DNA from: Actinomycetota bacterium
Lineage (GTDB): Bacteria; Armatimonadota; SYMT01
Length of the DNA: 55,304 nucleotides
Direction: 5' to 3'
NCBI GenBank assembly: GCA_005805375.1
Contig: SYMT01000553.1
Coordinates: 1-55,304, forward strand
Part shown: positions 8,579-18,289 of the stretch, piece by piece
How the letters are laid out: every line of letters starts with the position of its first letter
Numbering within the stretch: the stretch's first letter is position 1
Translations under genes and position numbers: made by a program
Notes under the pieces: generated by a model
The model's database searches: none
Told to the model about the DNA's origin: nothing
The model's input: only the letters and a program-made list of their open reading frames with translations

Positions 8579-10627
8579 ATGCCTGGACGAAACCTGCTCT
8601 TCTGCTCTGTCCTGCTTACTTCTCTCGCCGTGCTGCACGCCGGCGACAGGCCCGCCCATTCCGCCGCGCCGGAATTCCGTCAGCGCCGGGCCGATCGCTT
8701 CACTACCCGTCACGGGCTGCCCGCCGGCCGTGTGCTCGCCATCCGCTCCGAGGGCACGCGCATCCACGTACGCACGGAAGCCGGGGGCGCGGCGTTCGCG
8801 GACGGGCGCTGGTCTTCACAGCCGCAGGGAGTCTGGCCGATGCCGGCGGTGCAAACCGAGCGCCTGCCCAGCGGCGCCCGGGTGCTGGATGCCGCCCGGG
8901 GTGCAGACCGGCGCACCTGGGTCGTCACCAGCGCCGGGGTGTTCCGCTCGGAGGGGGATCGCTACGTGCCGTTCGCGTTCCCGCGCAGATATCTGACGAA
9001 CCAGCCGATTGCGAACACGGACGCCGAGTTCACGTGCGTGGAAGTGGATCGCCTGGGGACCGTCTGGCTTGGAGGAAGCACCGGGCTCTATGCCACCGAC
9101 GGCGCAGCCTACTGGCACCCGTTCGACCGCACCGCCGGCCTGCCGTACGAGTATGTCACCTGCCTGGCGCTCGGAGCCGGAGGCGAAATCTGGGCCGGCA
9201 CCACGGAGGGCGTGTGCCGGAACGTCCGCGGGGAATGGCAATACTATTGGGGGCCACGCTGGCTGCCGCACAACCGGGTGAATGCGATCACCGTGGCGCC
9301 GGATGGAAGCGCGTGGGTGGCGACCGACGGGGGGGTCGCCCACCTTTACGATCAAACGATGACTCTTGCCCGCAAGGCGGCCCACTACCAGGAAGTCACC
9401 GACACGCGGCACCGGCGGCGCGGGTTCGTCTGCGGGATCAACCTGAAGTCCCCGGGCGATCCGACTGCCGGCCACCGCTACGAGGCGAGCGACAATGACG
9501 GGCTCTGGACCGCGGTCTACGTCGCGGCACAGTCCTTCCGGTACGCTGCAACGCACGATCCGGCGGCGCGCTTGGCGGCGAAGGAGTCGATGCAAGCACT
9601 CCTCGACCTCGTCCGGTACACCGGCATCCGCGGTTTTCCGGCCCGGGCCATCATCCGGAAGGCCGAGGATGTCGGGGGCTATGACCCCGATGAGACGGTA
9701 CGGGTGCCGGGCGAGCCGGACAAGATCTGGTTCCAGTCACCGGTGGACCCGGACATTCTCTGCAAGGGGGACACCTCTTCCGACGAACTCGACGGTCACT
9801 ATTTCGCCTGGGTGGTGTACCACGATCTGGTTGCCGACGCCGAGGAGAAGAAGTTGATCCGGGCTGCGGTCGAGGCAGTCACGGACAACCTGCTCAACCA
9901 CGACTTTACGCTGGTGGGGCATACCGGCCGGAAGACCCGTTGGGGCGTCTACTCGCCCAAGTACGTCAATGACGACCCTCTGTGGTGGGAGGAGCGGGGG
10001 CTGAACTCGCTTTCGATGCTCTCCTACCTGCGGATTGCGCAGCACATCGTGGGGCATCCGCGCTACGAAGAGGCGTTCCGCGAACTGGCAGGGAAACACC
10101 ACTACCTCCTCAACCTCGTGATGCAGAAGATTGCGGAGCCCTGGGACGGCGTCAACCACTCCGACGATCAGATGGCCTTCATGATGTACTACGCCTTCTT
10201 CCATGTAGAGAAGGACCCGGAAGTGCGGCGCTTTTTGTTCGAGAGCCTGGAACGAAGCTGGAAGGTCGAGCGCCCCGAGCACAGCCCCTTCTTCAACTTC
10301 GTGTTCGGCGCCGCGACGCAGCGTTCGTGCGACGCCGAAGCCGCCATCGCGGAACTGGAGGCCTGGCCCTGGGAGGTCATCGAGTGGCAGGTGCGCGCCG
10401 TGCACCGCCACGATGTGCAGTTACTGACGAAACACCGCGAAGGCCAGGGCCGCGTGCAACTGGATCGAGCGCTGCCTGCCTCTGAGCGCCGTATCATGCG
10501 CTGGAACGGCAACCCCTACCAGGCGGACGGCGGTTCCCCCGACGGCAACAGCGAGGACTGCGGGTCTGCCTGGCTGCTGCCGTACTGGATGGGCCGCTAC
10601 CACGGCCTCGTGGCGGCGGACCGGTAG
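8579..10627 (+). CDS. Secreted protein: N-terminal two-component-regulator-propeller-like beta-propeller repeats plus a C-terminal alpha-helical (possibly six-hairpin) domain
   Basis: The ATG at 8579 gives the signal peptide MPGRNLLFCSVLLTSLAVLHA. Propeller-like repeats include VWLGGSTGLYATDG, IWAGTTEGVCR and AWVATDGGVAHLY. The listed ORF start at 7649 is an artefactual upstream extension that runs through the neighbouring gene. Confidence 0.7.
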   Translation: MPGRNLLFCSVLLTSLAVLHAGDRPAHSAAPEFRQRRADRFTTRHGLPAGRVLAIRSEGTRIHVRTEAGGAAFADGRWSSQPQGVWPMPAVQTERLPSGARVLDAARGADRRTWVVTSAGVFRSEGDRYVPFAFPRRYLTNQPIANTDAEFTCVEVDRLGTVWLGGSTGLYATDGAAYWHPFDRTAGLPYEYVTCLALGAGGEIWAGTTEGVCRNVRGEWQYYWGPRWLPHNRVNAITVAPDGSAWVATDGGVAHLYDQTMTLARKAAHYQEVTDTRHRRRGFVCGINLKSPGDPTAGHRYEASDNDGLWTAVYVAAQSFRYAATHDPAARLAAKESMQALLDLVRYTGIRGFPARAIIRKAEDVGGYDPDETVRVPGEPDKIWFQSPVDPDILCKGDTSSDELDGHYFAWVVYHDLVADAEEKKLIRAAVEAVTDNLLNHDFTLVGHTGRKTRWGVYSPKYVNDDPLWWEERGLNSLSMLSYLRIAQHIVGHPRYEEAFRELAGKHHYLLNLVMQKIAEPWDGVNHSDDQMAFMMYYAFFHVEKDPEVRRFLFESLERSWKVERPEHSPFFNFVFGAATQRSCDAEAAIAELEAWPWEVIEWQVRAVHRHDVQLLTKHREGQGRVQLDRALPASERRIMRWNGNPYQADGGSPDGNSEDCGSAWLLPYWMGRYHGLVAADR

Positions 10628-10641
10628 GCCGCGCCTGGGCT

Positions 10642-10670
10642 GGGACGGGGACTGCGTTTGTCCCCGTCCC
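10642..10670. terminator. Hairpin between convergent genes (candidate bidirectional terminator)
   Basis: gggacgggga (10642-10651) pairs perfectly with tccccgtccc (10661-10670) around a 9-nt loop. It sits between the stops at 10627(+) and 10678(-). Confidence 0.5.
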
Positions 10671-10677
10671 GCCTGGT

Positions 10678-13600
10678 CTACCGGATGCCCAACCCCATCT
10701 CCGCCGACACGGACCGTACTTCCGGCGCGTACATCGCGTACCCCTGGGCGGGGAGGACATGGAAGTGGCCCGGAGTTTCGGTCCAGAGCCGATAGGTCAC
10801 GCGGCACCGCCCTTGCGGAAGCTGCGTCAGGAAGAACGCCACCTTCTGGTCCCGCAGTTCCACGTTGGAGCAGATCCCGATGCCGGCCGTGTAGCCGCTG
10901 CGCACTTCGACCGGCTCACAACCGGAAGGCTTGATGTCCTCGACCAGCACATAATCGTAGTCGTTGCCACTCTCCAGTTCGAGTTCGACTTCGAGCATCT
11001 CCCCACTGGCGATTTCGGCCCCGGAGGCGAGCGGCTCCCGCCGATAGCGCGGCCCGGCGTATCCGTAGTCTGCCGCCAGGTCGTCCGGCTCGTCCAGCCG
11101 CGCGTAGTCGCCCGTGATGAGGGGATTCGGTTCCGAGCCGTCCGCCGCGCGCGGGCGCTGTGCGTCCTGGATCGGCTCCGGCGCCAGGCGGTAGTAGCGG
11201 CGCTGCACGGCGATACGGTTTCCGCCTCCGACGATGGGTTCCTCGGCCGAGAACCACCGGCTTTCGACGGAGTAGTAGAGCGTCCCTTCGCCCTGCCGTG
11301 TAATTGTGAGCGAAGCTGCGCCCGCGCCTACTGTCTCGTCCGGGATGATGAACACTTCGTCAAAGAAGAGCGCATTGTCAGGCGTCACGCGATAGCTCTT
11401 CCGGGCTCGACCGGCGTAATCAAGGGTCACAGTGTAGTTCGGCGCCAGTTCTTTCTGCTGCCGGACAAAACGGCACAGGGCACGTACCACCACCGCCGTC
11501 TCGCGCGTCGAGTCCCAGCGGGTTCCCTGGCGGTGCTGGGTCAGCCAGCGCACCAGGGCGGGCACGTGCTCGCTTTCCGGCTGCATCGCCAGATAGGCTT
11601 CCAGCACGAGTGCGTTCGTCTCTGCTCGGCTGCCCATCCAACCCCAACTGGAGTCGTCTTTCCCCCACGAAATGGTGCCTTGTTGCGCGTCCTCGACGGC
11701 GCTGCTATTGAGGTTGGCGAGCACCAATCGGGCCTTTTTGGCTTCGCCGACCCGGTGGAGCGCCAGTGCCAGCAGTGCCTTCCCCGCGTCTGTGAGCCGC
11801 GCGCGCTGGTCGAACCACTTCCCCGCCAGCGCTGGCCGTACCGGTGCGCGGGCATCCGGGTCCCGTGCGAGCAGCGCGCCCAGCGTGACTGCTGTGAGCG
11901 GAGCCTTCGTCGTCGAGAACTGGTCCCGCAGGAAGCGCAGGCCGCCGGCCAGCATCGGTTGCGGCACAACGCCGCCGGTCTCCCGAAGATCGAGGAGGCT
12001 GTCTACGACGTACGCAGACATCAGTGCATCGCCGGGATCGTTCGGCCACCAACCCCAGCCCCCGTCCCGACTCTGCAGGCGCCGCAGCCGGCGCATTCCG
12101 GTCCCGACCACATCACGGAGGCGACGGGAATCGAACACCGGGTTCTGGGGCCGCGCGTGACCCAGCCAGCGTGCGGTTTCGGTCGAGGAGGTGGAATAGG
12201 GGCTGTGCGCCCCCGGGAGGCGGATCGTCTGGGTCTCCCGGGCACGGACTTCGCGGGCCCGACGCTCCAGATCTTCCAACCGGTAGCCCAGCGCGGCCAG
12301 CGTCTGCCGCACCATCGCGGCGGGGACGAAGCGAGAGGTGGTCTGCTCCACACAGCCGTAGGGATATTCAATCAGGTAGGGAAGGGCATCCAACATCACT
12401 CCGGCCAGCGTGGGCTGCACGCGCACGAATACCCCCGCAGCGCCCGGCTTGCGGGTGGCCGGAACGGTCACCCGCACCTCACGCCGGGTCTCCGTACGCA
12501 GCATGCCGCCCTGGAACTCGGACCGTTCGGCGCCATGCACCAGCACGGGAATCGTCGTCTCCACCGCGTCAGTGTGTCCATCGCCGGCAACGGACATGCG
12601 CACGGTCGCGTCGCCCTCACGCACCACACGGGCATCCCATTCTACCCGCTGTTCCCCATCCGGCGGCACGGTGACTGTCCGCATCCGTGCGGAAGGAGGC
12701 ACATCCACCGTTCCTCCCTCCAGCGCCAGCCGCACCTGCGCGCGGAGTGGCCGCGCCGTGTAGTTGTGGACGACCGCCGAGAGCCGCACGGTGTCCCGTT
12801 CCACAAAGAAGCGCGGCGTCTGCGGCCGGATGAGCACATCCTTCCGGGTCTGCATCACCGCCTCGCCGGAGGCCACCACATCGGAGGAGATGCCCACCGA
12901 GTCCGCGCGCCACTCGGTCAGATTATCCGGCCAGGTGAGTTCGGCCACCGCGGTCCCGTCGGCCCCGGTGCGCAGCGAAGGCACCCAGAGCGCCGTGTCG
13001 GCGAACTCGCGCCGCGGCGTCGCGCCGGTCTCGGCTTTCGACTTTCGTTCCGCGATGAACCCCCCCGCTCCCCTCATGGTTGGGTCGGATGCCGTCTCCC
13101 GTGCCAGTTCGTGGTTTTCGCGGAACGGGTTCTCTCGCGACGCCTGGCGTGCCAGAACATACCCATCCACGTCACCCCGTCCCCGATGCGGTAGCTCAGT
13201 GTCCGCCGCAATCGGTGCGCGCGCACGTCGGAAGGGGGAGGGGATGTGGGGATCCGCCAGCATTCCCATGCCGGAAGGCAGCAGTTCCAGCCACGGCGGG
13301 GTGGGAGACGCCGGCGGACCCAGGCTCCAGCCCTCCAGCCCCTGGTCGGCCTCTCCCCACTCGATCCCATCCCAGCGTCGTTCCCCATAGAGGAAGACGG
13401 TGATCGAGTCTGCCGATCGCGCCTCAATTGCCTCCAGGGCGCCATCCCACACGGCGACACTCAGCTCGGTGCGCACCGGCTCCCCCTTCAGGTTCGTGAC
13501 CTGGAAGCGGAGCCGGGCACGTTCGCCGGGCGCGTAGCGCGCGCGATCCGGGGTGACGACGATCCGGCCGAGCTGCGCGCGCGGCGGAGACAGGAGCTCC

Positions 13601-16600
13601 AGGGTGTCGGCGTACACCTGTCCACCGCGCACCAGCGTGGCCCGCAGAAAGACGTTCGGCAGGTCCTCCCCGGTGATGGGGATTTCCAACTCCCGCGAGC
13701 GCCCGGATAGGGTCAACACCCGCGTCTCGAGGAGGCGCTGGCCCACCGTACGGCAGAGCAAGACAGTGCAGCCAGGCGCCGGAGTGACCAGGAGCACCCG
13801 CGGCGTGTGCCCTTCTTCAGCGTAGCGGTCACGCCGGATCAGCTCCACGCCCTGGAACGCGAATCGGCCCCGGTCCAGCTCCGGTCCAGATACCCAGAGC
13901 GGCAGGGATCCTGCCACCGCTCTGCCGGAAGAGTCGTGCGTGACAAACTCGACCCGAAAGTAGCCCGCCTTGACCGCCGTCCAACGGAAGAAGGCTCTTC
14001 CTTCGGCATCGGTCCGCAACGGTTCGGAGCGCAGCAGGCGGGCCGGCTCGCCGGGCACCTCCGGCTGGCGGAGGACCCGCACGGTTCCCAACACGGAGAC
14101 AGGCGCCGTCCCGCGCCCGTGTGCCGGCATCCCGTGTCCGGGAGGGGATAGGGAAGAAGGAAGAGGGGAGAGCGGCGTGGTTGGGAGCGACGGCGTCCCG
14201 CCGGCCCCGCCCCCGATACGGATAGCGGCGATCTCCACCTCGATCCGATCCCCCTGCTGCACATAGCCCCTGTTCTGGCGCAGGAGCACCGCCACATCGT
14301 GGGCTGTAGCGGGCACCCGACCGGCGCCGACGACGGTCCGCCGGCTCGAGTCCTGCGTTTCCGCTCGGATCACGTACTCTTGATCTTCGCCCTCCGGGCC
14401 CGGTGAGGTACGAAAGCGAATCTCCGCTTCCCCTCGCTCATTGGTGTGCGTTTCTCCCTGAAGCACCGGTCGGTGGGGCCACTCCGTGTCGTGGGCCGGC
14501 CCCGGTGGGGGGCGCAACGTCGGTTCGTAAAGCCAATCGAAGGCTTCCGCAAACCGGAACGGTGGGGCCCACGACTGGCGGAACACCTGGTAGCGCACCC
14601 GCGCCCCCGGGACCGGTCCACCGAAGTAGTACTCCGCGCGAATCGTAACCCGCGCCTCGTCCCCCAGTGGTACCCGACCGGCGGCATGGACGGTGACGCG
14701 AAACTCCGGCTTGCGATACTCCTCCACCCGGAATTCGCTGGCGCCCCCGCCGCCCACGAGCTTGGACCAGCGGCGCGGTCCTGCTTCGTTCCAGCGGTGC
14801 ATTTCGAGCGCGTAGACCCCCAGCCTTGCATCCGCTTCCAGCCGGAACGAGCCGCTCACACTCCCGAATTCATTGGTCACCCCCGAGGCGTCGAGCACCA
14901 CCTCCTGACGCTCATCGTGAGCGACTACGCGGACGGCCTTGCCCACCGCCGGATGCCACGCACTACCGCTCCGCTCCATCAGGATCTGGCGATAGTGGAC
15001 TGTCTGCCCCGGCCGGTAGACGGCTCGATCGGTGATCGCATAGGCGGTCGCCGTGGCTCCCGTACCCCGATGGCCATACCACTCCCAATCCCCTGTCAGC
15101 GGGTTGTCCTCCACATCAAGGGCATAGTGCCTTCCGTCCTGTGCCAGCAGGTCGAGATGTGCATCGTCGGTCCCGGTTCCGGGGGGCGCAGCGGCGCCCG
15201 CCACCAGGCCGTCTGCCCCGGCCCGCAGGAGATGGGAGAACACCCTGCGGACGCCATGCCGGTACAGGCGTCTCCGCACCAGCACGTGCGCCCCGGGGGC
15301 CGGCTTCCCCGACCCGGCGCGCGTCAGGAAGAGCAGCAGCCCCCGCGTATGTCTCGCCCGGACCATACTGAGATCGGAGACCAGAATCACTGCCGCGGAC
15401 CGGCGAAGACCCCCAGTCGCCTCCACCAGGTAGGCGCCCGGGCCCAGGTGTGGGAGCGCCAGATCACTGTGGCGACGGTTGGGATCAGCGGGGCCGGCGG
15501 GGCTCCAGTTCCAGTTGCGAAACACCGGTCCGACTCCGGGCACGGCGGTGGACCCGGGGCGGAGTCGACGCACCAGCGCGGTGAGTGCGAGATTCGGCTC
15601 GTTGCTCCATCGGGGTTGCCGGAAGAGGACCTCAAGCGCCAGCCGCCGCACCCGGAACCGAACCTCCCGGAGATTCCGGTGCGTCACCCCGACCGTCACC
15701 GGCTGACTCGGCAGAAACCGCGGCGGCGCGGACAACACGAGCTCCGGCTGTTCGATATCGGCCATCCACAGGAGAGCGCGCTTCCGCCATCGGCCGGGCA
15801 GGCCGGCGCCGAGTAGGCGCCGACACGCAGCGAGGGCCTCATCCGCGCGCCCCGACTGGAACAGCCACTCCACCAGGAGAATCCCGGCCCGACCCCGCTC
15901 GGGATCGCGGGGAAACGCATCCTGAATGCGTCGCAAGATTGCCTCGGGCTTCTCGTCCCGATAGGGGTAGGGGAGTGATTCAGTCGTCACGGACCCGTCA
16001 GGGGCACGAACCTGGCGAACTGCCCGCCCCGCCATGCGATCCTGATAGTCACGCAGCCAGATCGCCTCACCCAACCATGAGAGAAGCGCGGGACGCAACC
16101 CGGGGGCGAGTGCGCGAATGCGAGCGAAGAGAAAGCGCACCTTCTTTGGGAACGGCCACTCGGGGAGGTACACGGGGCTCCCAGTAAGGCGCCAGGTCGG
16201 AGCGGACGCGGCGGGCCATTGCTCCCACGCTTCCGACGCAGCCAGGTTGGTCTCCCGCCGTTCCAGCATGCGGGCGAGATCGAAATGAAGCTGGATCTCC
16301 TCCTCGCGGGTGCGGTGGTCGGCCCGGAATTGGGGGTACAGACGTAGGGCCGCTTCCATGGCCCACACCGGGTTTCGGTATCCCGCCTCGTACAGGCGCA
16401 CCAGGACCGGTTGTGCCGGGTCCCCTCCCGCCACGCGGGGCACGTTTCGCGTCCGGTGCAGGCGCTCGCCCACGCGCCAGCCGCCGATCGGGGACGCATG
16501 GTAGCACCGGCCCAACCAGTAGAGCGTACGGGGTTCCCACACCGTCCCCTTCGTCTTGTGCGCCAACTCGAGCCCCGCCCCCAGGGCCTCATCCCAACGC

Positions 16601-16953
16601 TGCAACTTCTCCAGACACTGTGCGCGCCGCAGCCGAACCCGGTCTGCGCGACCGGGTCGTCGTTCGTCTTCCCGATTCGCGTTTTGTATCGGGTCCCGCG
16701 TCGGCCGATCCGCCGCCAAGAGGCCCTCGTACGCCGCCAGCGCTTCCTTGTAATTCTGCTGCGTGAACAACCGATCCGCACGCAGTTCCGCCGGTCCAGG
16801 CGGCGGCACGGGCGGCACGCGCGCCTGCGTCCGGGCCGGGCGCCCCGCCAGCACCAGCAGCACCGCCAGTGGCACGAGCACGCCACTCCACCCGAGGACA
16901 CTACGACTGCGAAACACCTGCGCCTCCAGACACGGGGCGACCTTCCTGGTCAC
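10678..16953 (-). CDS. Giant bacterial alpha-2-macroglobulin family protein (2091 aa) with an intact thioester motif and an N-terminal TPR-like extension
   Basis: The thioester motif YPYGCVEQTT has its CVEQ codons at 12343-12354. A post-bait motif REFADTALW follows a roughly 90-aa charged, low-complexity candidate bait. There are multiple MG-like beta domains. The N-terminal roughly 430 aa are helical and TPR-like (QQNYKEALAAYEGLL...). The signal peptide ends ...RPARTQA with no lipobox Cys. Confidence 0.9.
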   Translation of the reverse strand: MTRKVAPCLEAQVFRSRSVLGWSGVLVPLAVLLVLAGRPARTQARVPPVPPPGPAELRADRLFTQQNYKEALAAYEGLLAADRPTRDPIQNANREDERRPGRADRVRLRRAQCLEKLQRWDEALGAGLELAHKTKGTVWEPRTLYWLGRCYHASPIGGWRVGERLHRTRNVPRVAGGDPAQPVLVRLYEAGYRNPVWAMEAALRLYPQFRADHRTREEEIQLHFDLARMLERRETNLAASEAWEQWPAASAPTWRLTGSPVYLPEWPFPKKVRFLFARIRALAPGLRPALLSWLGEAIWLRDYQDRMAGRAVRQVRAPDGSVTTESLPYPYRDEKPEAILRRIQDAFPRDPERGRAGILLVEWLFQSGRADEALAACRRLLGAGLPGRWRKRALLWMADIEQPELVLSAPPRFLPSQPVTVGVTHRNLREVRFRVRRLALEVLFRQPRWSNEPNLALTALVRRLRPGSTAVPGVGPVFRNWNWSPAGPADPNRRHSDLALPHLGPGAYLVEATGGLRRSAAVILVSDLSMVRARHTRGLLLFLTRAGSGKPAPGAHVLVRRRLYRHGVRRVFSHLLRAGADGLVAGAAAPPGTGTDDAHLDLLAQDGRHYALDVEDNPLTGDWEWYGHRGTGATATAYAITDRAVYRPGQTVHYRQILMERSGSAWHPAVGKAVRVVAHDERQEVVLDASGVTNEFGSVSGSFRLEADARLGVYALEMHRWNEAGPRRWSKLVGGGGASEFRVEEYRKPEFRVTVHAAGRVPLGDEARVTIRAEYYFGGPVPGARVRYQVFRQSWAPPFRFAEAFDWLYEPTLRPPPGPAHDTEWPHRPVLQGETHTNERGEAEIRFRTSPGPEGEDQEYVIRAETQDSSRRTVVGAGRVPATAHDVAVLLRQNRGYVQQGDRIEVEIAAIRIGGGAGGTPSLPTTPLSPLPSSLSPPGHGMPAHGRGTAPVSVLGTVRVLRQPEVPGEPARLLRSEPLRTDAEGRAFFRWTAVKAGYFRVEFVTHDSSGRAVAGSLPLWVSGPELDRGRFAFQGVELIRRDRYAEEGHTPRVLLVTPAPGCTVLLCRTVGQRLLETRVLTLSGRSRELEIPITGEDLPNVFLRATLVRGGQVYADTLELLSPPRAQLGRIVVTPDRARYAPGERARLRFQVTNLKGEPVRTELSVAVWDGALEAIEARSADSITVFLYGERRWDGIEWGEADQGLEGWSLGPPASPTPPWLELLPSGMGMLADPHIPSPFRRARAPIAADTELPHRGRGDVDGYVLARQASRENPFRENHELARETASDPTMRGAGGFIAERKSKAETGATPRREFADTALWVPSLRTGADGTAVAELTWPDNLTEWRADSVGISSDVVASGEAVMQTRKDVLIRPQTPRFFVERDTVRLSAVVHNYTARPLRAQVRLALEGGTVDVPPSARMRTVTVPPDGEQRVEWDARVVREGDATVRMSVAGDGHTDAVETTIPVLVHGAERSEFQGGMLRTETRREVRVTVPATRKPGAAGVFVRVQPTLAGVMLDALPYLIEYPYGCVEQTTSRFVPAAMVRQTLAALGYRLEDLERRAREVRARETQTIRLPGAHSPYSTSSTETARWLGHARPQNPVFDSRRLRDVVGTGMRRLRRLQSRDGGWGWWPNDPGDALMSAYVVDSLLDLRETGGVVPQPMLAGGLRFLRDQFSTTKAPLTAVTLGALLARDPDARAPVRPALAGKWFDQRARLTDAGKALLALALHRVGEAKKARLVLANLNSSAVEDAQQGTISWGKDDSSWGWMGSRAETNALVLEAYLAMQPESEHVPALVRWLTQHRQGTRWDSTRETAVVVRALCRFVRQQKELAPNYTVTLDYAGRARKSYRVTPDNALFFDEVFIIPDETVGAGAASLTITRQGEGTLYYSVESRWFSAEEPIVGGGNRIAVQRRYYRLAPEPIQDAQRPRAADGSEPNPLITGDYARLDEPDDLAADYGYAGPRYRREPLASGAEIASGEMLEVELELESGNDYDYVLVEDIKPSGCEPVEVRSGYTAGIGICSNVELRDQKVAFFLTQLPQGRCRVTYRLWTETPGHFHVLPAQGYAMYAPEVRSVSAEMGLGIR

Positions 16954-17147
16954 CCTTCAGGGACCGGCCCGACCCCCCGGCGCGCGCTCCCACCCAGTCT
17001 GCAATTGCTACCCCATCTCCGCGGGCGCGGGTGTCCCACTTGCACGCAGCTCATTGGACGACCCCAGCGCCCGCGAGGTTACACGCAGCAGATCAATCAC
17101 GCGTCCACGAGGCCAGATTCGCCGATAGACATCCCCAATCCTAGATT

Positions 17148-18266
17148 CTAAATCCCAACAAAGCTCGTCCGCAGCTCCTGCGTGAGTCCCGTCTCGGCGG
17201 CGCGGTAGCCGCTCTCAATGATGTCGACCACATGTCGCGCGTGCTCCGCGGTGGAGACCGTGGGGATCCCCTCTCGCAGCCAGTCGGCGAGTTGGAGAAT
17301 GTCCTCGAAGACGTGGAATTCCTCGGTCGGGTGCCGGTCGTTGTAGTGGGGAAGGATGGCGTTGCTCCCCTTCTGCGCCGCGATCTCCCTCCCGGCGTAG
17401 TCCAGGGGCTGCCCGTTCAGCATCTCTCCCACGACCGCGCCCCGCGTGCCGAAGAACGACGGACTCCCGAACACGGGGACCACATTGCCCGCCGCCGTGC
17501 CGTACACAAATGCATACAGTGCGCTGCCGAAGTCGAGCAGCAGGAGCGTGTTGTCGTCGCAGTCGCACGGATAGGTCTGCCCACGAAACTCGCGCTCTTG
17601 CACGAGGGTGCCGGAGACTGCCGTCACCCGTTTTGCAGGTCCGAGCACCCCTGTGAGCGCGTGCAGGCCGTAGACGGTCATGTCGTAGAGCGGACCGCCG
17701 CCCGGCTTGCGCCAGTACCAGGCCGGATTGATGTTCGAGAGCACGTCCTCTCCCTGACGCACCCCTTCCTGTTCATGGTAGCTGCCGAAGGCGGCGCCCG
17801 TCGCCGCCCAGGCCATCCGCCCCAGCGCCCCGTCCTCCACCAATGCGCGAATCGCGCGCAGGTGCGGCCGGAGCATCTGCCCCGGCGAGGCGACCAATCG
17901 CACCCCCTTCCGGGCAGCGCGCGCAATCAGGTCGTCCGCTTCCGCTGTGCTGGTGGTGATGGTCTTGTTGAAGTGGAGGTGCTTTCCGACCTCAATCGCG
18001 GCGACGGCCTGGTCGTAATGCAGGCCGATCGGCGTGCAGATGGTGATTGCATCCACATCGCCGTGGGAGAGCATTTCGCCCAGGTCCTCGAACGACTGCG
18101 GCGCCCCGTACTTCTCCGCCGCTGCCGCCGCTCGCTGCGGGACAGAGTCGCACACCGCTTGCAGGACCACCCGATCGTCGAAATCATGCACGGCGAGGTG
18201 CTGCAGTACCCCGCGGATGCCGATGCTACCCGCCCCCAGAACGCCCAGACGAATCGGTTTTGGCAC
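17148..18266 (-). CDS. Gfo/Idh/MocA-family NAD(P)-dependent oxidoreductase
   Basis: A GTG start gives the N-terminal Rossmann segment PIRLGVLGAGSIGIRG. The motif ICTPIGLHYDQAVAAIEVGKHLHFNK is typical of the family. Confidence 0.85.
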   Translation of the reverse strand: MPKPIRLGVLGAGSIGIRGVLQHLAVHDFDDRVVLQAVCDSVPQRAAAAAEKYGAPQSFEDLGEMLSHGDVDAITICTPIGLHYDQAVAAIEVGKHLHFNKTITTSTAEADDLIARAARKGVRLVASPGQMLRPHLRAIRALVEDGALGRMAWAATGAAFGSYHEQEGVRQGEDVLSNINPAWYWRKPGGGPLYDMTVYGLHALTGVLGPAKRVTAVSGTLVQEREFRGQTYPCDCDDNTLLLLDFGSALYAFVYGTAAGNVVPVFGSPSFFGTRGAVVGEMLNGQPLDYAGREIAAQKGSNAILPHYNDRHPTEEFHVFEDILQLADWLREGIPTVSTAEHARHVVDIIESGYRAAETGLTQELRTSFVGI

Positions 18267-18289
18267 GCTGCTCTTCCCTTCTGAATTCC

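Noticed and set aside
10759-13194. Very long ORFs antisense to confidently assigned genes. Examples are 10759..13194(+) 811 aa opposite the A2M gene, 23654..25378(-) 574 aa, 5521..6762(+), 17232..18284(+), 18047..19594(+), 44046..45377(-) and 46911..48035(-).
   Set aside because: Their translations are Arg/Pro/Gly/His-rich and lack recognisable motifs. Each lies opposite a gene with strong family signatures. Stop-poor antisense frames are expected in DNA of this GC content.
13100-13400. An RGD tripeptide and Pro/Ser-rich tracts inside the A2M protein, considered as functional adhesion motifs.
   Set aside because: Short motifs are expected by chance in a 2091-aa protein. The tracts fall in the predicted bait or linker regions, where low complexity is normal.
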